64,000 bases of DNA from positions 38,359 through 102,358 of the forward strand of contig CANRAU010000004.1 of assembly GCA_947628665.1 (NCBI GenBank). The letters run 5' to 3'. Shown here one piece after another: positions 20,240 through 29,780 of this stretch. Below the pieces are notes generated by a model, which was not told the DNA's origin, did no database searches, and saw only the letters and a program-made list of their open reading frames with translations. Position numbers and translations under genes: made by a program. The number at the start of each line of letters is the position of its first letter. Position 1 is the first letter of the stretch. The DNA is from an uncultured Clostridia bacterium (GTDB lineage Bacteria > Bacillota > Clostridia > Oscillospirales > Acutalibacteraceae).

Positions 20240-21400
20240 ATGTACCGTATTTTGACTTTGAACAAAATTTCCGAAACAGGGCTGAAAAATTTCCCCGACA
20301 CGTATACCTATTCCGCAGAGGAAACCGCTCCCGACGCGGTTTTGGTACGTTCGGCTTCCATGCATGAGACCAAGTTTGCCGAAAATACGCTGGCGATTGC
20401 AAGAGCGGGCGCGGGCGTCAACAACATTCCGATCGACAGATGCAGTGAAAACGGCATCGTGGTATTCAACACCCCCGGCGCAAACGCCAACGCCGTAAAA
20501 GAGCTGGTGCTGTGCGCCATGTTGCTTTCCTCCCGCAAAATCCCCGCCGCCATCGACTGGGTAAAGACCCTCAAGGGCAACGGCGACCAAGTCCCGAAGA
20601 TGGTCGAAAAAGGCAAATCCGCGTTTGCAGGCCCTGAAATCAAAGGCAAAACGCTCGGCGTGATCGGTCTCGGCGCGATCGGCGTATTGGTCGCCAACGC
20701 GGCGCTTTCCCTCGGCATGCAGGTCTATGGCTACGATCCGTATCTGTCGGTAGACGCGGCCTGGTCGCTCTCGCGCGGGGTGCATCACGCGGCGTCTTTG
20801 GATGAGATCTTCAAGAACAGCGATTACATCACCCTGCATGTACCGTCGACGCCCGATACCAAAGAGATGATCTGCAAAGCGAACATCGACATGATGAAAG
20901 ACAACGTCCGCATTCTCAATTTCGCGCGCGGCGATCTCGTCAACACGGCGGATATTTTGGAAGCGCTCGGTACGAGCAAGATCGCGGCCTATGCGACGGA
21001 CTTCGGGGCGGATGCGATGATCGGCGTGCCCGGTGTGCTGGTTCTCCCCCATCTCGGCGCTTCCACGCCCGAATCCGAGGATAACTGCGCAGTCATGGCG
21101 GTCGATGAGATCCGCGACTTCTTAGAAAACGGCAACATCACCCACTCGGTCAACCTCCCCGACGTGAATGTGCCGAGAAGCGGCAGATCCCGCATCACCA
21201 TTATCCATAAGAATGTGCCTAACGTCATCAGCAAGATCACCGCGACCGTGGCGCAGGAAAACATCAATATTGACAACATGGTCAACAAATCCAAAGGGCA
21301 GTACGCCTACACGATGCTGGATACCGATGCGGACGTATCCGAAGAAGCCATTGCGGCTATCGCGGCATTGGAGGATGCCATCCGCGTTCGCGTGGTCTGA
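20240..21400 (+). CDS. serA: D-3-phosphoglycerate dehydrogenase with C-terminal ACT domain
   Basis: 386 aa. It has a 2-hydroxyacid dehydrogenase fold with NAD motif GLGAIGVLVA. The ACT-like tail is ITIIHKNVPNVISKIT. Confidence 0.88.
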   Translation: MYRILTLNKISETGLKNFPDTYTYSAEETAPDAVLVRSASMHETKFAENTLAIARAGAGVNNIPIDRCSENGIVVFNTPGANANAVKELVLCAMLLSSRKIPAAIDWVKTLKGNGDQVPKMVEKGKSAFAGPEIKGKTLGVIGLGAIGVLVANAALSLGMQVYGYDPYLSVDAAWSLSRGVHHAASLDEIFKNSDYITLHVPSTPDTKEMICKANIDMMKDNVRILNFARGDLVNTADILEALGTSKIAAYATDFGADAMIGVPGVLVLPHLGASTPESEDNCAVMAVDEIRDFLENGNITHSVNLPDVNVPRSGRSRITIIHKNVPNVISKITATVAQENINIDNMVNKSKGQYAYTMLDTDADVSEEAIAAIAALEDAIRVRVV

Positions 21401-21421
21401 TCTCCCCCATCCTAAAAGCCA

Positions 21422-21450
21422 AAAGAGCGAAGCGTTATGCTTCGCTCTTT
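21422..21450. terminator. hairpin terminator shared by convergent serA and the exonuclease gene
   Basis: A 12-bp stem AAAGAGCGAAGC/GCTTCGCTCTTT with loop GTTAT and flanking T/A tracts. It overlaps the last codons of the minus-strand gene. Confidence 0.55.
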
Positions 21451-22322
21451 TCTGCTTTCACGGGAATGGATTCCGGCGCGTTCGTGATCTCGGTATAGGT
21501 CTTGCGGACGTCGAGCCGATCATACAACTGCTTATATTGGATCGAAACGCGAAACCGTCTGTCGCATTTTTGGCAGTAAAAGACGGCTCGAAAGGCATGG
21601 TTCGAGTACTTCCAATTCTTCTCTTTTTTCACCTTGCCGCCGCAGACGTCACAGACACAGCGAAAGGCGTCCGCATCCACGAGCGGGCTGTTGATGTCGC
21701 TGATATAATACGGGTGAAACGAGAGCCGCTCATAAAACGGCTTGTCGCACCAATGCGCCGCCTGCGAGAGACGCTTTTGGTCGAACACGCACAAAAGGCA
21801 CGCGGCGGCAAGGCGGCTGTCGTCCAGCGCACGGTGGTGCGGGTATACGTCGGGGTCTATCCCCAATTTGACCGCCGCGGCGGAAAGACCCAACTGCTGT
21901 CCGGAATTTGCGGCGTCGGTAAAGCTCTGACAGTATTTCTGCAAATCCACATAGTGATGCAGAAAAGGGATTTCGGGAAGCTCCAAAAAGCAGGCGCAGT
22001 TTTTCACAAGCGTCCTTATATCCCCGTCTCCCCACGTCAAAAAGGTGTTGTCCTCGTCCCCTAACCATGCGGTAAACCGCTCGACAGCCTCCCGAAAAGT
22101 CACCCCGTGCGAAATATCCGCATTGGTCAAATGCGTTAAGGATTTGACCCGCGATTGCAGACGCTTGCTCACCTGCGAACGGATAATGACGGAAAATGTT
22201 TTCGTTTCTTGCAACTGTTCATCGAGCGCCAGCGCGCCGATCTCAATAATTTCATTGATAAACCCGCCGAGCTTTTTGCTGTATGCGGTATTCCATTCCA
22301 AATCCATAACGATATATTGCAT
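21435..22322 (-). CDS. DEDDh 3'-5' exonuclease (ERI-1/KapD-like) with C-terminal Cys-rich zinc-ribbon-like tail
   Basis: Motifs are MDLEWN (Exo I), WGDGD (Exo II) and HHRALDDS (Exo III). The tail contains CVCDVCGG...YCQKCDRRF. Confidence 0.7.
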   Translation of the reverse strand: MQYIVMDLEWNTAYSKKLGGFINEIIEIGALALDEQLQETKTFSVIIRSQVSKRLQSRVKSLTHLTNADISHGVTFREAVERFTAWLGDEDNTFLTWGDGDIRTLVKNCACFLELPEIPFLHHYVDLQKYCQSFTDAANSGQQLGLSAAAVKLGIDPDVYPHHRALDDSRLAAACLLCVFDQKRLSQAAHWCDKPFYERLSFHPYYISDINSPLVDADAFRCVCDVCGGKVKKEKNWKYSNHAFRAVFYCQKCDRRFRVSIQYKQLYDRLDVRKTYTEITNAPESIPVKAEKSEA

Positions 22323-22540
22323 ATCCCTTTTCCCCCAAAGATATCAAAGACAACATACAGCATACCACGGCGCACACATTTTGTCGAGGGAAACTTATTT
22401 CCTTTTCCGAATTCCAATCGCAGAAAGAACATAAAATCCCGTCTGCGCGCGGTATAAATTGACCGCTCGATTCACACGCTAAAGCAAAGGCAAAGGAAGG
22501 GACGATACCGCAAAAAGGACTGCCAAGGCAGTGTTTCGCT

Positions 22541-22915
22541 TTGCGTGTATCTCAGAAAATCATGAAAAACAGGAAAATCGGCATATTGGGCGTGCCGGTT
22601 GGCGTGATCAACATTTTGCTCGGCGCGGGCGGCGGCATTCTTGCCGTGCCCATCTTAAAAAAATGCGGTCTGGATCAAAAGGAAGCGCAGGCCAACGCCG
22701 TAGCGGTCATTTTGCCGCTGACATTTGTAAGCTTTCTGCTGTATGCCAGAGGGCAATATGTGTATTTTGCGGAAAACGCGTGGATCTTGCCGCTGTCGGC
22801 CTTCGGCGCGATCCTCGGCGCGACGATTTTTAAGAAGCTGTCGCCGCGTTTCCTTAGAAAACTGTTTGCCATATTTATGATTTGGGCGGGGGTGCGCATG
22901 CTTTGGAAGCTGTAA
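22541..22915 (+). CDS. TauE/SafE-family anion exporter, N-terminal half-size ORF
   Basis: 124 aa with 4 predicted TM helices. It carries the family motif LLGAGGGILAVPIL and ends ...IWAGVRMLWKL. Confidence 0.6.
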   Translation: MRVSQKIMKNRKIGILGVPVGVINILLGAGGGILAVPILKKCGLDQKEAQANAVAVILPLTFVSFLLYARGQYVYFAENAWILPLSAFGAILGATIFKKLSPRFLRKLFAIFMIWAGVRMLWKL

Positions 22916-23301
22916 ATCTGTGGGACGCGCTCGCCGTGATCGCATCCGCTATTGTCGGTTCTATGGGCCTCGGCGGCGGCAGTGTGCTGATTTTGTACCT
23001 GACGCTCGTAAAGGGTACGCCGCAGTTGCGCGCGCAGGGCATCAATCTTTTGTTTTTTCTGCCCTGTGCCGTTACCGCCGTGTGTATGTACCAAAAGCAG
23101 GGACTGCTTCGCTGGGATATTCTTTGGCGCATGACTGTCGGCGGTCTTTTGGGCGTGTTGCTTGGGCAAATGCTTTTGCGGCAAATCGAAACCAAAGCCA
23201 TTACCGCTTTGTTTGCGGGATTTCTGATCGTCGCCGGAGTTATTACGCTGTTTTCCAAACAAGAAAGTACCGAACAGGAGAATGCCGAAAAAGGGAAATA
23301 A
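22882..23301 (+). CDS. TauE/SafE-family anion exporter, C-terminal half-size ORF (start uncertain)
   Basis: It lies in the +1 frame relative to the previous ORF and overlaps it by 34 nt. The second copy of the family motif is GSMGLGGGSVLILYL. The only start in the overlap is a TTG. Confidence 0.5.
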   Translation: MGGGAHALEAVNLWDALAVIASAIVGSMGLGGGSVLILYLTLVKGTPQLRAQGINLLFFLPCAVTAVCMYQKQGLLRWDILWRMTVGGLLGVLLGQMLLRQIETKAITALFAGFLIVAGVITLFSKQESTEQENAEKGK

Positions 23302-23368
23302 TGTAAATTTATATTGTTTGTGCGATATAGATATGATAAAATGAAAGAAATCGTACAGGAGGCGACTT

Positions 23369-26008
23369 ATGAGAAACATAAAGAAACGAATCGGAATTCT
23401 GGTCGGCGTTTTGCTTGCCGTTTTGCTGATCTGCAGTGTAAGCGCCGTGTGCATCTATCATTTCAACCGTCCCACGGTAACGGTAGACTTTTCACAAAAA
23501 ACGGGTGAAGTGACCAACGGCGCGGCGGGTTTCTTATACGGTCTTGCCGAACCCGATATTCCGTCAACGGAAATTACCGACAGCATCGATCCGTCTTCGC
23601 TCGCGACCAAAACCGCAGGCGGCTTACAGCACCCTATCGGCGATTTGCAACAGGTCGCGGATACGTTCCTTCGCGCGGGCGGTGAAGAGCTGCTCGTATA
23701 TACGCAGGATATGTACGATACATGGTATTATGAATTCGACTCCTTGGAGCAGTACCATGAGCGTGTGCGCGAAACCGTGACCAAGACGGCGGCGCTCCCT
23801 TACGCGGATAAAGTCACCTACTGCATTTATAACGAAATGGACAACGGCGCGTGGTTCGACGATTTCGGAAATGCCGAAAACCGACAAAAGACCTATGAAG
23901 CGTGGAAAGCGACCTACGCGCTTGTCAGATCCATCGATCCGAACGCCAAAATCGGCGGTCCGAACTATTGCGGATATAATGCGGATTACATAAAAGAATT
24001 CTTGGAATACTGCAAATCGGAAAATTGCCTGCCTGACGTTATGATCTGGCACGAACTGGGGGATAATTCTCTGTATTTCCTGCAAGACCACTGCGACGAT
24101 TACGCGGCGCTTTGCAAGGAACTGGGTATCGAGGAAAAACCGATCTGCATTACGGAATACGGCCTGATGTCCTCCAACGGCATTCCGGGCGAATCCGTCA
24201 AATGGATCGAGCGCGTCGAAACGGCAAAGGTCGACGGTTGCATCGCCTATTGGCGGCTGGCAAACAATCTTTCCGAAGTCACAGCGGATGACGTCGCGCC
24301 CAACAGCAACTGGTGGGCTTACCGCTTCTATGCGCAAATGACGGGTGAAACCGTTGCCTTCACCGCAAAGGATCTGTTCCAAAGCAACATGGGGAAATTC
24401 CTGACGTTTCGGTCGAAAGGGCTTCGCTCCAAGGGCTTTACGGCACTGACCACCATAGATGAAGAAGAATCCTGTATCCATATGATCGCAGGCGGCAGCA
24501 ACCGCGATTCCACCATCCGCCTGCGGAACCTCGACAAAACGGAGAGCTTCCGCGACGCCAAACGGCTTTACGTTACAGCGGAATACGTGGATTACAAGGG
24601 CTTGGGCGGCGTTGTCACCGCGCCGAAAACCAAATTTATGCAATACGTCGATGTGAAAAACGGCAGTGCGGAAATTGAGCTGAACGATATTTTATACTCG
24701 CAGTGCTTTGATATCACGATTCGGCCCGAAACGGGCGACACCTCCTTTGTGGGTACGGAAATGACTGAGGATACCGACGCCATGCGCCGCTATGAAGCGG
24801 AGGACGCAACGCTGTTCGGCACGGCGGCTGCGACCGATCAAATCGCCTATGCCGCTTCCGAAAAAATGCTGGTCATGGCCGACAGCTCGAAAGAGAGCGG
24901 CGTGGAATTTACGGTTAAGACAGACAACGACGGCAGCTATGTTTTGGACATTGTTTACGGCAACGGCGCAAACAATATCCAAACCAATGCGGACGGCAGC
25001 GCCGATAAGGGCGAGCGCACCACGGTGAAGCTCTGGCTTTCGGTGGACGGCGGCGAACCGCAGACGCTTCTGCTCCCCTCCACCATCAAGGATGAATTTA
25101 CAAGCTGTGTCACCACAGTTGCACAGCTTTCGGCGGGAGAACACACCGTCCGTCTGACGCTTCCCGAAAATCAGAAATTCCGTGAAACGATCTCTTTGGA
25201 CTTCCTGGATGTGACGAAGGCCGAAGCCGTTCCCGCAAAAACCTATGTACAGCTTGACGGCGACCGTTCCACCGAACAAAATGCCTCTTTCCTGACGGTC
25301 GTCGATGCGGACGGCTATTACAGCGCGTGTTTTATTTGCGAAAAACAACCGACGAAGTTCACCTTAAACGGCACGACAGTGGAAAACGCGGCGTTCATGC
25401 ACCTTGATAAATCCGTATATGAGACGGTCGTTTTTTTGCACCGCGGGGTCAATTATTTGGATATTCCGCAGGAAAAGGACGGGGAGATCTCTGTCGAGAG
25501 CCTTGCGGCATACGGCGAAAAAGCTAACGGCAGCACGGTCCTTTCTGCCGAGAAGCTCACGATCTCGAACGGCGCAAAGCTCGTCAGACCCGATGCGCAA
25601 AGCGCGGATGCGGCGAAGCACCTGCAAAATACGCAGCCGTATATCGACGGTATCAACTGCGACTCGAAGGCGTCGGCTTCCTTTACCTATACCGCTGCGC
25701 AGGACGGGTACTATCAACTGACTTTCCTGTACGCCAACAATGAAGAGGGCGGCGTTCACAGCTATAACGTCGATCTGATCGAGCGTTATTTGACGCTCTT
25801 TGTCAACGGCAAGTCAGTGGGCAACGTCTTCTGCCGCAACACCTATTCCTGGGACACCTACAAAACCAAAACCGTCACCGTGTATCTGACGGCGGGGGAA
25901 AACCAAATCACCTTCTCGAATGACGGCAGCTACCGCTTCAACGGCAAAACCACCTATGCGCCGCAAATCGCCGGTGTGACCGTCTCCCCCGTTGTGCTTG
26001 CAAAATAA
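23369..26008 (+). CDS. membrane-anchored extracellular glycoside hydrolase (clan GH-A-like catalytic core) with two CBM6/35-like modules
   Basis: 879 aa with a signal-anchor (IGILVGVLLAVLLICSV). IYNEMDN and ICITEYGL look like acid/base and nucleophile strands. There are two beta-sandwich-like modules, starting at RRYEAEDATLFG and near the C-terminus (YQLTFLYAN...LFVNGKSVG). Confidence 0.55.
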   Translation: MRNIKKRIGILVGVLLAVLLICSVSAVCIYHFNRPTVTVDFSQKTGEVTNGAAGFLYGLAEPDIPSTEITDSIDPSSLATKTAGGLQHPIGDLQQVADTFLRAGGEELLVYTQDMYDTWYYEFDSLEQYHERVRETVTKTAALPYADKVTYCIYNEMDNGAWFDDFGNAENRQKTYEAWKATYALVRSIDPNAKIGGPNYCGYNADYIKEFLEYCKSENCLPDVMIWHELGDNSLYFLQDHCDDYAALCKELGIEEKPICITEYGLMSSNGIPGESVKWIERVETAKVDGCIAYWRLANNLSEVTADDVAPNSNWWAYRFYAQMTGETVAFTAKDLFQSNMGKFLTFRSKGLRSKGFTALTTIDEEESCIHMIAGGSNRDSTIRLRNLDKTESFRDAKRLYVTAEYVDYKGLGGVVTAPKTKFMQYVDVKNGSAEIELNDILYSQCFDITIRPETGDTSFVGTEMTEDTDAMRRYEAEDATLFGTAAATDQIAYAASEKMLVMADSSKESGVEFTVKTDNDGSYVLDIVYGNGANNIQTNADGSADKGERTTVKLWLSVDGGEPQTLLLPSTIKDEFTSCVTTVAQLSAGEHTVRLTLPENQKFRETISLDFLDVTKAEAVPAKTYVQLDGDRSTEQNASFLTVVDADGYYSACFICEKQPTKFTLNGTTVENAAFMHLDKSVYETVVFLHRGVNYLDIPQEKDGEISVESLAAYGEKANGSTVLSAEKLTISNGAKLVRPDAQSADAAKHLQNTQPYIDGINCDSKASASFTYTAAQDGYYQLTFLYANNEEGGVHSYNVDLIERYLTLFVNGKSVGNVFCRNTYSWDTYKTKTVTVYLTAGENQITFSNDGSYRFNGKTTYAPQIAGVTVSPVVLAK

Positions 26009-26035
26009 GGCTTATCCAAAATAACTATATATACT

Positions 26036-26080
26036 CTGCCGTCAAATTGCGTATCCAAGCGCAATTTGACGGCAGTTTTT
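26036..26080 (+). terminator. rho-independent terminator of the glycosidase gene
   Basis: A 16-bp perfect stem CTGCCGTCAAATTGCG/CGCAATTTGACGGCAG is followed by TTTTT. Confidence 0.8.
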
Positions 26081-26247
26081 CTTGCGGCATTCTGCGAAAA
26101 AACAGGCGTTTTGCGCAAGTGGACACTTTTTTCGCGCGGCGCGGACGAAAGTTCTGCATGAAGCGTTAAAATCTTAACAAAATGACGGCGGGCATTCGCC
26201 GTTTTTTTTTGCTTTTTTCCAAAAATTCACAAGTTATGTTTTTTTTA

Positions 26248-26276
26248 TTGAATCCCGAAACTATATATTGTATAAT
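26248..26276 (+). promoter_or_regulatory. sigma-A-type promoter of the decarboxylase operon
   Basis: TTGAAT (26248-26253), 17 nt, TATAAT (26271-26276). Confidence 0.5.
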
Positions 26277-26341
26277 TCATTTTAAACTGGCAAAGATTTG
26301 GCATTTCTATTTATGCCTGTGAAAATACTGGAGGACTCTGT

Positions 26342-27721
26342 ATGAAAGTTCAATTCACAGAAACCGTATTGCGGGACGCGAACCAGTCTTTGATCGCGAC
26401 GCGTCTGCCCTACGAGCGGTTTGAAGCGATCCTCGAAACCATGGATCGCGCGGGTTATTACTCGCTCGAATGCTGGGGCGGCGCGACGTTTGACTCGTGC
26501 CTGCGGTATCTGAACGAAGACCCGTGGGAAAGGCTGCGCAAGATTCGCGCAAAATGCCCCAACACCAAGCTGCAAATGCTGTTGCGCGGGCAGAATCTGC
26601 TCGGCTACAAGCACTATCCCGATGACGTTGTGCGGATGTTCGTCAAAAAATCTGTCAAAAACGGCATCGATATTATCCGCATTTTCGACGCGCTCAACGA
26701 CGTGCGCAACATCGCCGTTGCCGTGGATGAAACCGTGAAAAACGGTGCGATCGCCTCGGGCGCGATCAGCTATACCAAAAGTCCTATCCATAATTTGGAA
26801 GCCTATGTGAAGCTCGCGAAGGAAATGGAAAACATGGGATGTCAGTCGATCTGCATCAAAGATATGGCGGGCATCATGGGGCCTCAGGAAGCGTATGACA
26901 CCGTAAAAGCCCTCAAGGAAAACGTCAGCGTGCCGATCGTTCTGCACACCCACTCCACCACGGGGCTTGGTATGCTGACGCTGCAAAAAGCCGTTGAAGC
27001 GGGCTGCGACGTCATCGACACCGCGATCTCCTCGTTCTCCGGCGGCACTTCGCAAGCGCCGACCGAAACCATGGCCTATGCCCTAAAGCAGGAAGGCTAT
27101 GAAGTCGATCTCAACATGGATGTACTCAAAGAGATCAACGATTTCTTCAAGCCCGTCAAGGAGGAGTTCCTGGAAGCGGGCAAGCTCAATCCCGTCGTCC
27201 TCTCGACGGATACCGACGCGCTGAATTATCAAGTTCCGGGCGGTATGCTCTCCAACCTTGTCGCACAGCTGACCGCACAGAACAAAATGGATCAGTTCCC
27301 CGCCGTGCTTGCCGAAACACCGCGCGTGCGCAAGGATCTCGGGTATCCGCCTCTGGTCACGCCCATGAGCCAAATGGTGGGCGTACAGGCGACTGCCAAC
27401 GTGCTTGCGGGCGAACGGTATAAAAATGTTTCCAAAGAGGTAAAGGCCTATATCCGCGGCGAATACGGCAAAGCCCCCGGCGAAATTGATCCGGCGCTTC
27501 AGAAAAAGGTACTCGGTGACGAGCAGCCCATTACCTGCCGTTTTGCGGACACCTTAGAGCCCGGCTTTGAAAAAGCCAAAGCGGAGATCGGCGACAAGGC
27601 CAAAAGCGATGAGGACGTGCTTTCCTATATCGCTTTCCCGGCGCAGGCAGAGGCTTTCTTCGACAAACGCGACGAGCAGAAGAAGAACACCTTTACTTAC
27701 AGCATCAAAAGAATCGATTAA
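26342..27721 (+). CDS. oxaloacetate decarboxylase alpha-type carboxyltransferase subunit (no biotin domain)
   Basis: 459 aa. The sequence begins MKVQFTETVLRDANQSL, and HTHSTTGLG is the metal site. It has the HMGL-like plus PYC_OADA architecture and lacks a C-terminal AMKM motif. Confidence 0.8.
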   Translation: MKVQFTETVLRDANQSLIATRLPYERFEAILETMDRAGYYSLECWGGATFDSCLRYLNEDPWERLRKIRAKCPNTKLQMLLRGQNLLGYKHYPDDVVRMFVKKSVKNGIDIIRIFDALNDVRNIAVAVDETVKNGAIASGAISYTKSPIHNLEAYVKLAKEMENMGCQSICIKDMAGIMGPQEAYDTVKALKENVSVPIVLHTHSTTGLGMLTLQKAVEAGCDVIDTAISSFSGGTSQAPTETMAYALKQEGYEVDLNMDVLKEINDFFKPVKEEFLEAGKLNPVVLSTDTDALNYQVPGGMLSNLVAQLTAQNKMDQFPAVLAETPRVRKDLGYPPLVTPMSQMVGVQATANVLAGERYKNVSKEVKAYIRGEYGKAPGEIDPALQKKVLGDEQPITCRFADTLEPGFEKAKAEIGDKAKSDEDVLSYIAFPAQAEAFFDKRDEQKKNTFTYSIKRID

Positions 27722-27724
27722 GGG

Positions 27725-28114
27725 GTGACGCAAGATATGGGGATTTACGCACTTACCTATGGAAAGGACATCACCCTCGGTGAAGCGGTCAATATTTCGA
27801 TTACAGGCTTTGTGGTCGTTTTGCTGATTTTGGCATTGCTCGCAGTTTTGGTTTTGCTGCTGTCCAAAGGCATCCGACTGGTGGAAAGCCGTACCGGCAA
27901 GCAGAAAACGGAAAAGGAGCAGCAACCGCAAAGCGCGGGCAGTACACCGACCGCAGCGGTTTCTCCCCTGCCCGAAAATGCCGATGCGGGCAGTCTGGAT
28001 GTATATGATGTAGACGAGAAAACAGCCGCCGTGATTATGGCGATTGTCAGCAACGAGAGCGGCATACCGCTGAACCGTTTGCTGTTTAAATCCATCAAGC
28101 GAATCGAAAAGTAA
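27725..28114 (+). CDS. OadG-like small membrane subunit of the Na+-pumping decarboxylase
   Basis: About 125 aa with a single TM helix (ITGFVVVLLILALLAVLVLLL) and a Pro/Ala-rich linker. It sits between the alpha and biotin-carrier genes. The start is GTG at 27725 or ATG at 27738. Confidence 0.55.
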   Translation: MTQDMGIYALTYGKDITLGEAVNISITGFVVVLLILALLAVLVLLLSKGIRLVESRTGKQKTEKEQQPQSAGSTPTAAVSPLPENADAGSLDVYDVDEKTAAVIMAIVSNESGIPLNRLLFKSIKRIEK

Positions 28115-28127
28115 GGGGTAAAAGAAC

Positions 28128-28505
28128 ATGAAATATATAGTGACCTTAAACGGAACGGATTACGAGGTGGAAGTGGAAGAGAGCAAGGAAGCCATCGTCA
28201 CGAACGTTGCGCCCGCATCCGCACCCGCCGCTGTACCTGCACCCACACCCGTGCAGTCTGCCGCACCCGCGCCTGTGCAGGCATCCGGCAGCGGCACACC
28301 CGTCAAAGCGCCGATGCCCGGCACGATTTTGAGCGTGCAGGCACAAAACGGGCAATCTGTCAAGGAGGGCGACGTGCTGTTTATTTTGGAAGCCATGAAA
28401 ATGGAAAATGAAATCGTTGCGCCCGTCAGCGGGACGGTTACGCAGGTGCTTGCCGCAAAGGGCAATTCTGTAGCGACCGACGAAGCGCTCGCCTTTATCG
28501 GTTGA
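28128..28505 (+). CDS. biotin carboxyl carrier protein (biotinyl domain)
   Basis: 125 aa with an Ala/Pro linker. The biotinylation motif is EAMKMENEI. Confidence 0.85.
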   Translation: MKYIVTLNGTDYEVEVEESKEAIVTNVAPASAPAAVPAPTPVQSAAPAPVQASGSGTPVKAPMPGTILSVQAQNGQSVKEGDVLFILEAMKMENEIVAPVSGTVTQVLAAKGNSVATDEALAFIG

Positions 28506-28518
28506 GGAGGGCGCCCCA

Positions 28519-29715
28519 ATGTCTGTTGTAAACGCATTATTTGAGATTTTTCAAGAGTCCGGCTTTATGCATCTCCAGTGGCAAAACTGGGTCATGATTG
28601 CCGTTTCCTTTCTGCTTTTGTACCTGGCAATCGTGAAAAAATTCGAGCCGTTGCTGCTCCTGCCCATTGCTTTCGGTATGCTGCTTGTCAACATATACCC
28701 CGACATTATGTACGACCCGTTGATGCTGTCCTCATACAGCGGCGAGGTCGTCGAAGGCGCGCATTGGTACGACACGGGTGTTTTGCGGCTGATCTATTCG
28801 GGCGTTAAATCCAGTATTTTCCCCTGTCTGATCTTTTTGGCCATAGGCGCGATGACCGATTTCGGTCCGCTGCTTGCCAACCCCGTCAGTCTCCTTTTGG
28901 GCGCGGCGGCGCAGCTCGGCATCTATGTCGCGTTCCTGATTGCAATCGTCGCCAAATACATTCCGGGCTTTGAGGGCTTTGACGCACTCGAAGCCGCAGC
29001 CATCGCCATTATCGGCGGTGCGGACGGCCCTACCGCCATTTACCTGACTTCCAAACTCGCCCCGCACCTGTTAGGCCCGATTGCTGTCGCCGCCTATTCC
29101 TACATGGCGCTGATTCCTCTCATCCAGCCGCCGATCATGCGTATGCTCACCACCCAAAAAGAGCGCGAGATCAAAATGGATCAATTGCGCACCGTCAGCA
29201 AGGCGGAAAAAATCATTTTCCCCATTGTCGTTACGGTGCTTTGCGTCCTCATTCTTCCCTCGGTCGCTCCCCTGCTCGGCATGCTGATGCTCGGAAACCT
29301 GTTTAAAGAGAGCGGTGTGACCGACCGTTTGAGCGACACGGCGCAAAACGCGCTTTGCAATATCATCACCATCCTGCTTGGCGTGACCGTCGGCGCGACT
29401 GCGGAGGGCAAAACCTTCCTCGACCCGAAAACCGTCGCCATTATCATCATCGGCCTTTTGGCGTTCTGCTTCTCTACGGTCGGCGGTGTGCTGTTCGCAA
29501 AGCTCCTCAACGTCATCACCAAAGGCAAGATCAATCCGCTCATCGGTTCGGCGGGCGTTTCCGCAGTTCCCATGGCCGCGCGCGTCTCGCAAGCTGAGGG
29601 CAGAAAGTACAATCCCTCCAACTTCCTTTTGATGCACGCCATGGGTCCGAATGTGGCGGGCGTGATCGGTTCTGCCGTCGCCGCAGGCTTCCTGTTGCTG
29701 ACATTCGGCTCTTGA
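28519..29715 (+). CDS. Na+-translocating decarboxylase beta subunit (OadB/GcdB/MmdB family)
   Basis: 398 aa and polytopic. Conserved segments are [11 protein letters not shown] and [14 protein letters not shown]. Confidence 0.85.
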   Translation: MSVVNALFEIFQESGFMHLQWQNWVMIAVSFLLLYLAIVKKFEPLLLLPIAFGMLLVNIYPDIMYDPLMLSSYSGEVVEGAHWYDTGVLRLIYSGVKSSIFPCLIFLAIGAMTDFGPLLANPVSLLLGAAAQLGIYVAFLIAIVAKYIPGFEGFDALEAAAIAIIGGADGPTAIYLTSKLAPHLLGPIAVAAYSYMALIPLIQPPIMRMLTTQKEREIKMDQLRTVSKAEKIIFPIVVTVLCVLILPSVAPLLGMLMLGNLFKESGVTDRLSDTAQNALCNIITILLGVTVGATAEGKTFLDPKTVAIIIIGLLAFCFSTVGGVLFAKLLNVITKGKINPLIGSAGVSAVPMAARVSQAEGRKYNPSNFLLMHAMGPNVAGVIGSAVAAGFLLLTFGS

Positions 29716-29743
29716 TCAAAGGACGTTCGCATTTTGTAAAGAA

Positions 29744-29780
29744 AAAAGCAGGGTGTTGCGGTAGGCAATTCCCTGCTTTT
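29744..29780 (+). terminator. rho-independent terminator of the decarboxylase operon
   Basis: AAAAGCAGGG (29744-29753) pairs with CCCTGCTTTT (29771-29780). An inner TTGC/GCAA helix adds to the stem, and T-rich sequence follows. Confidence 0.65.
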
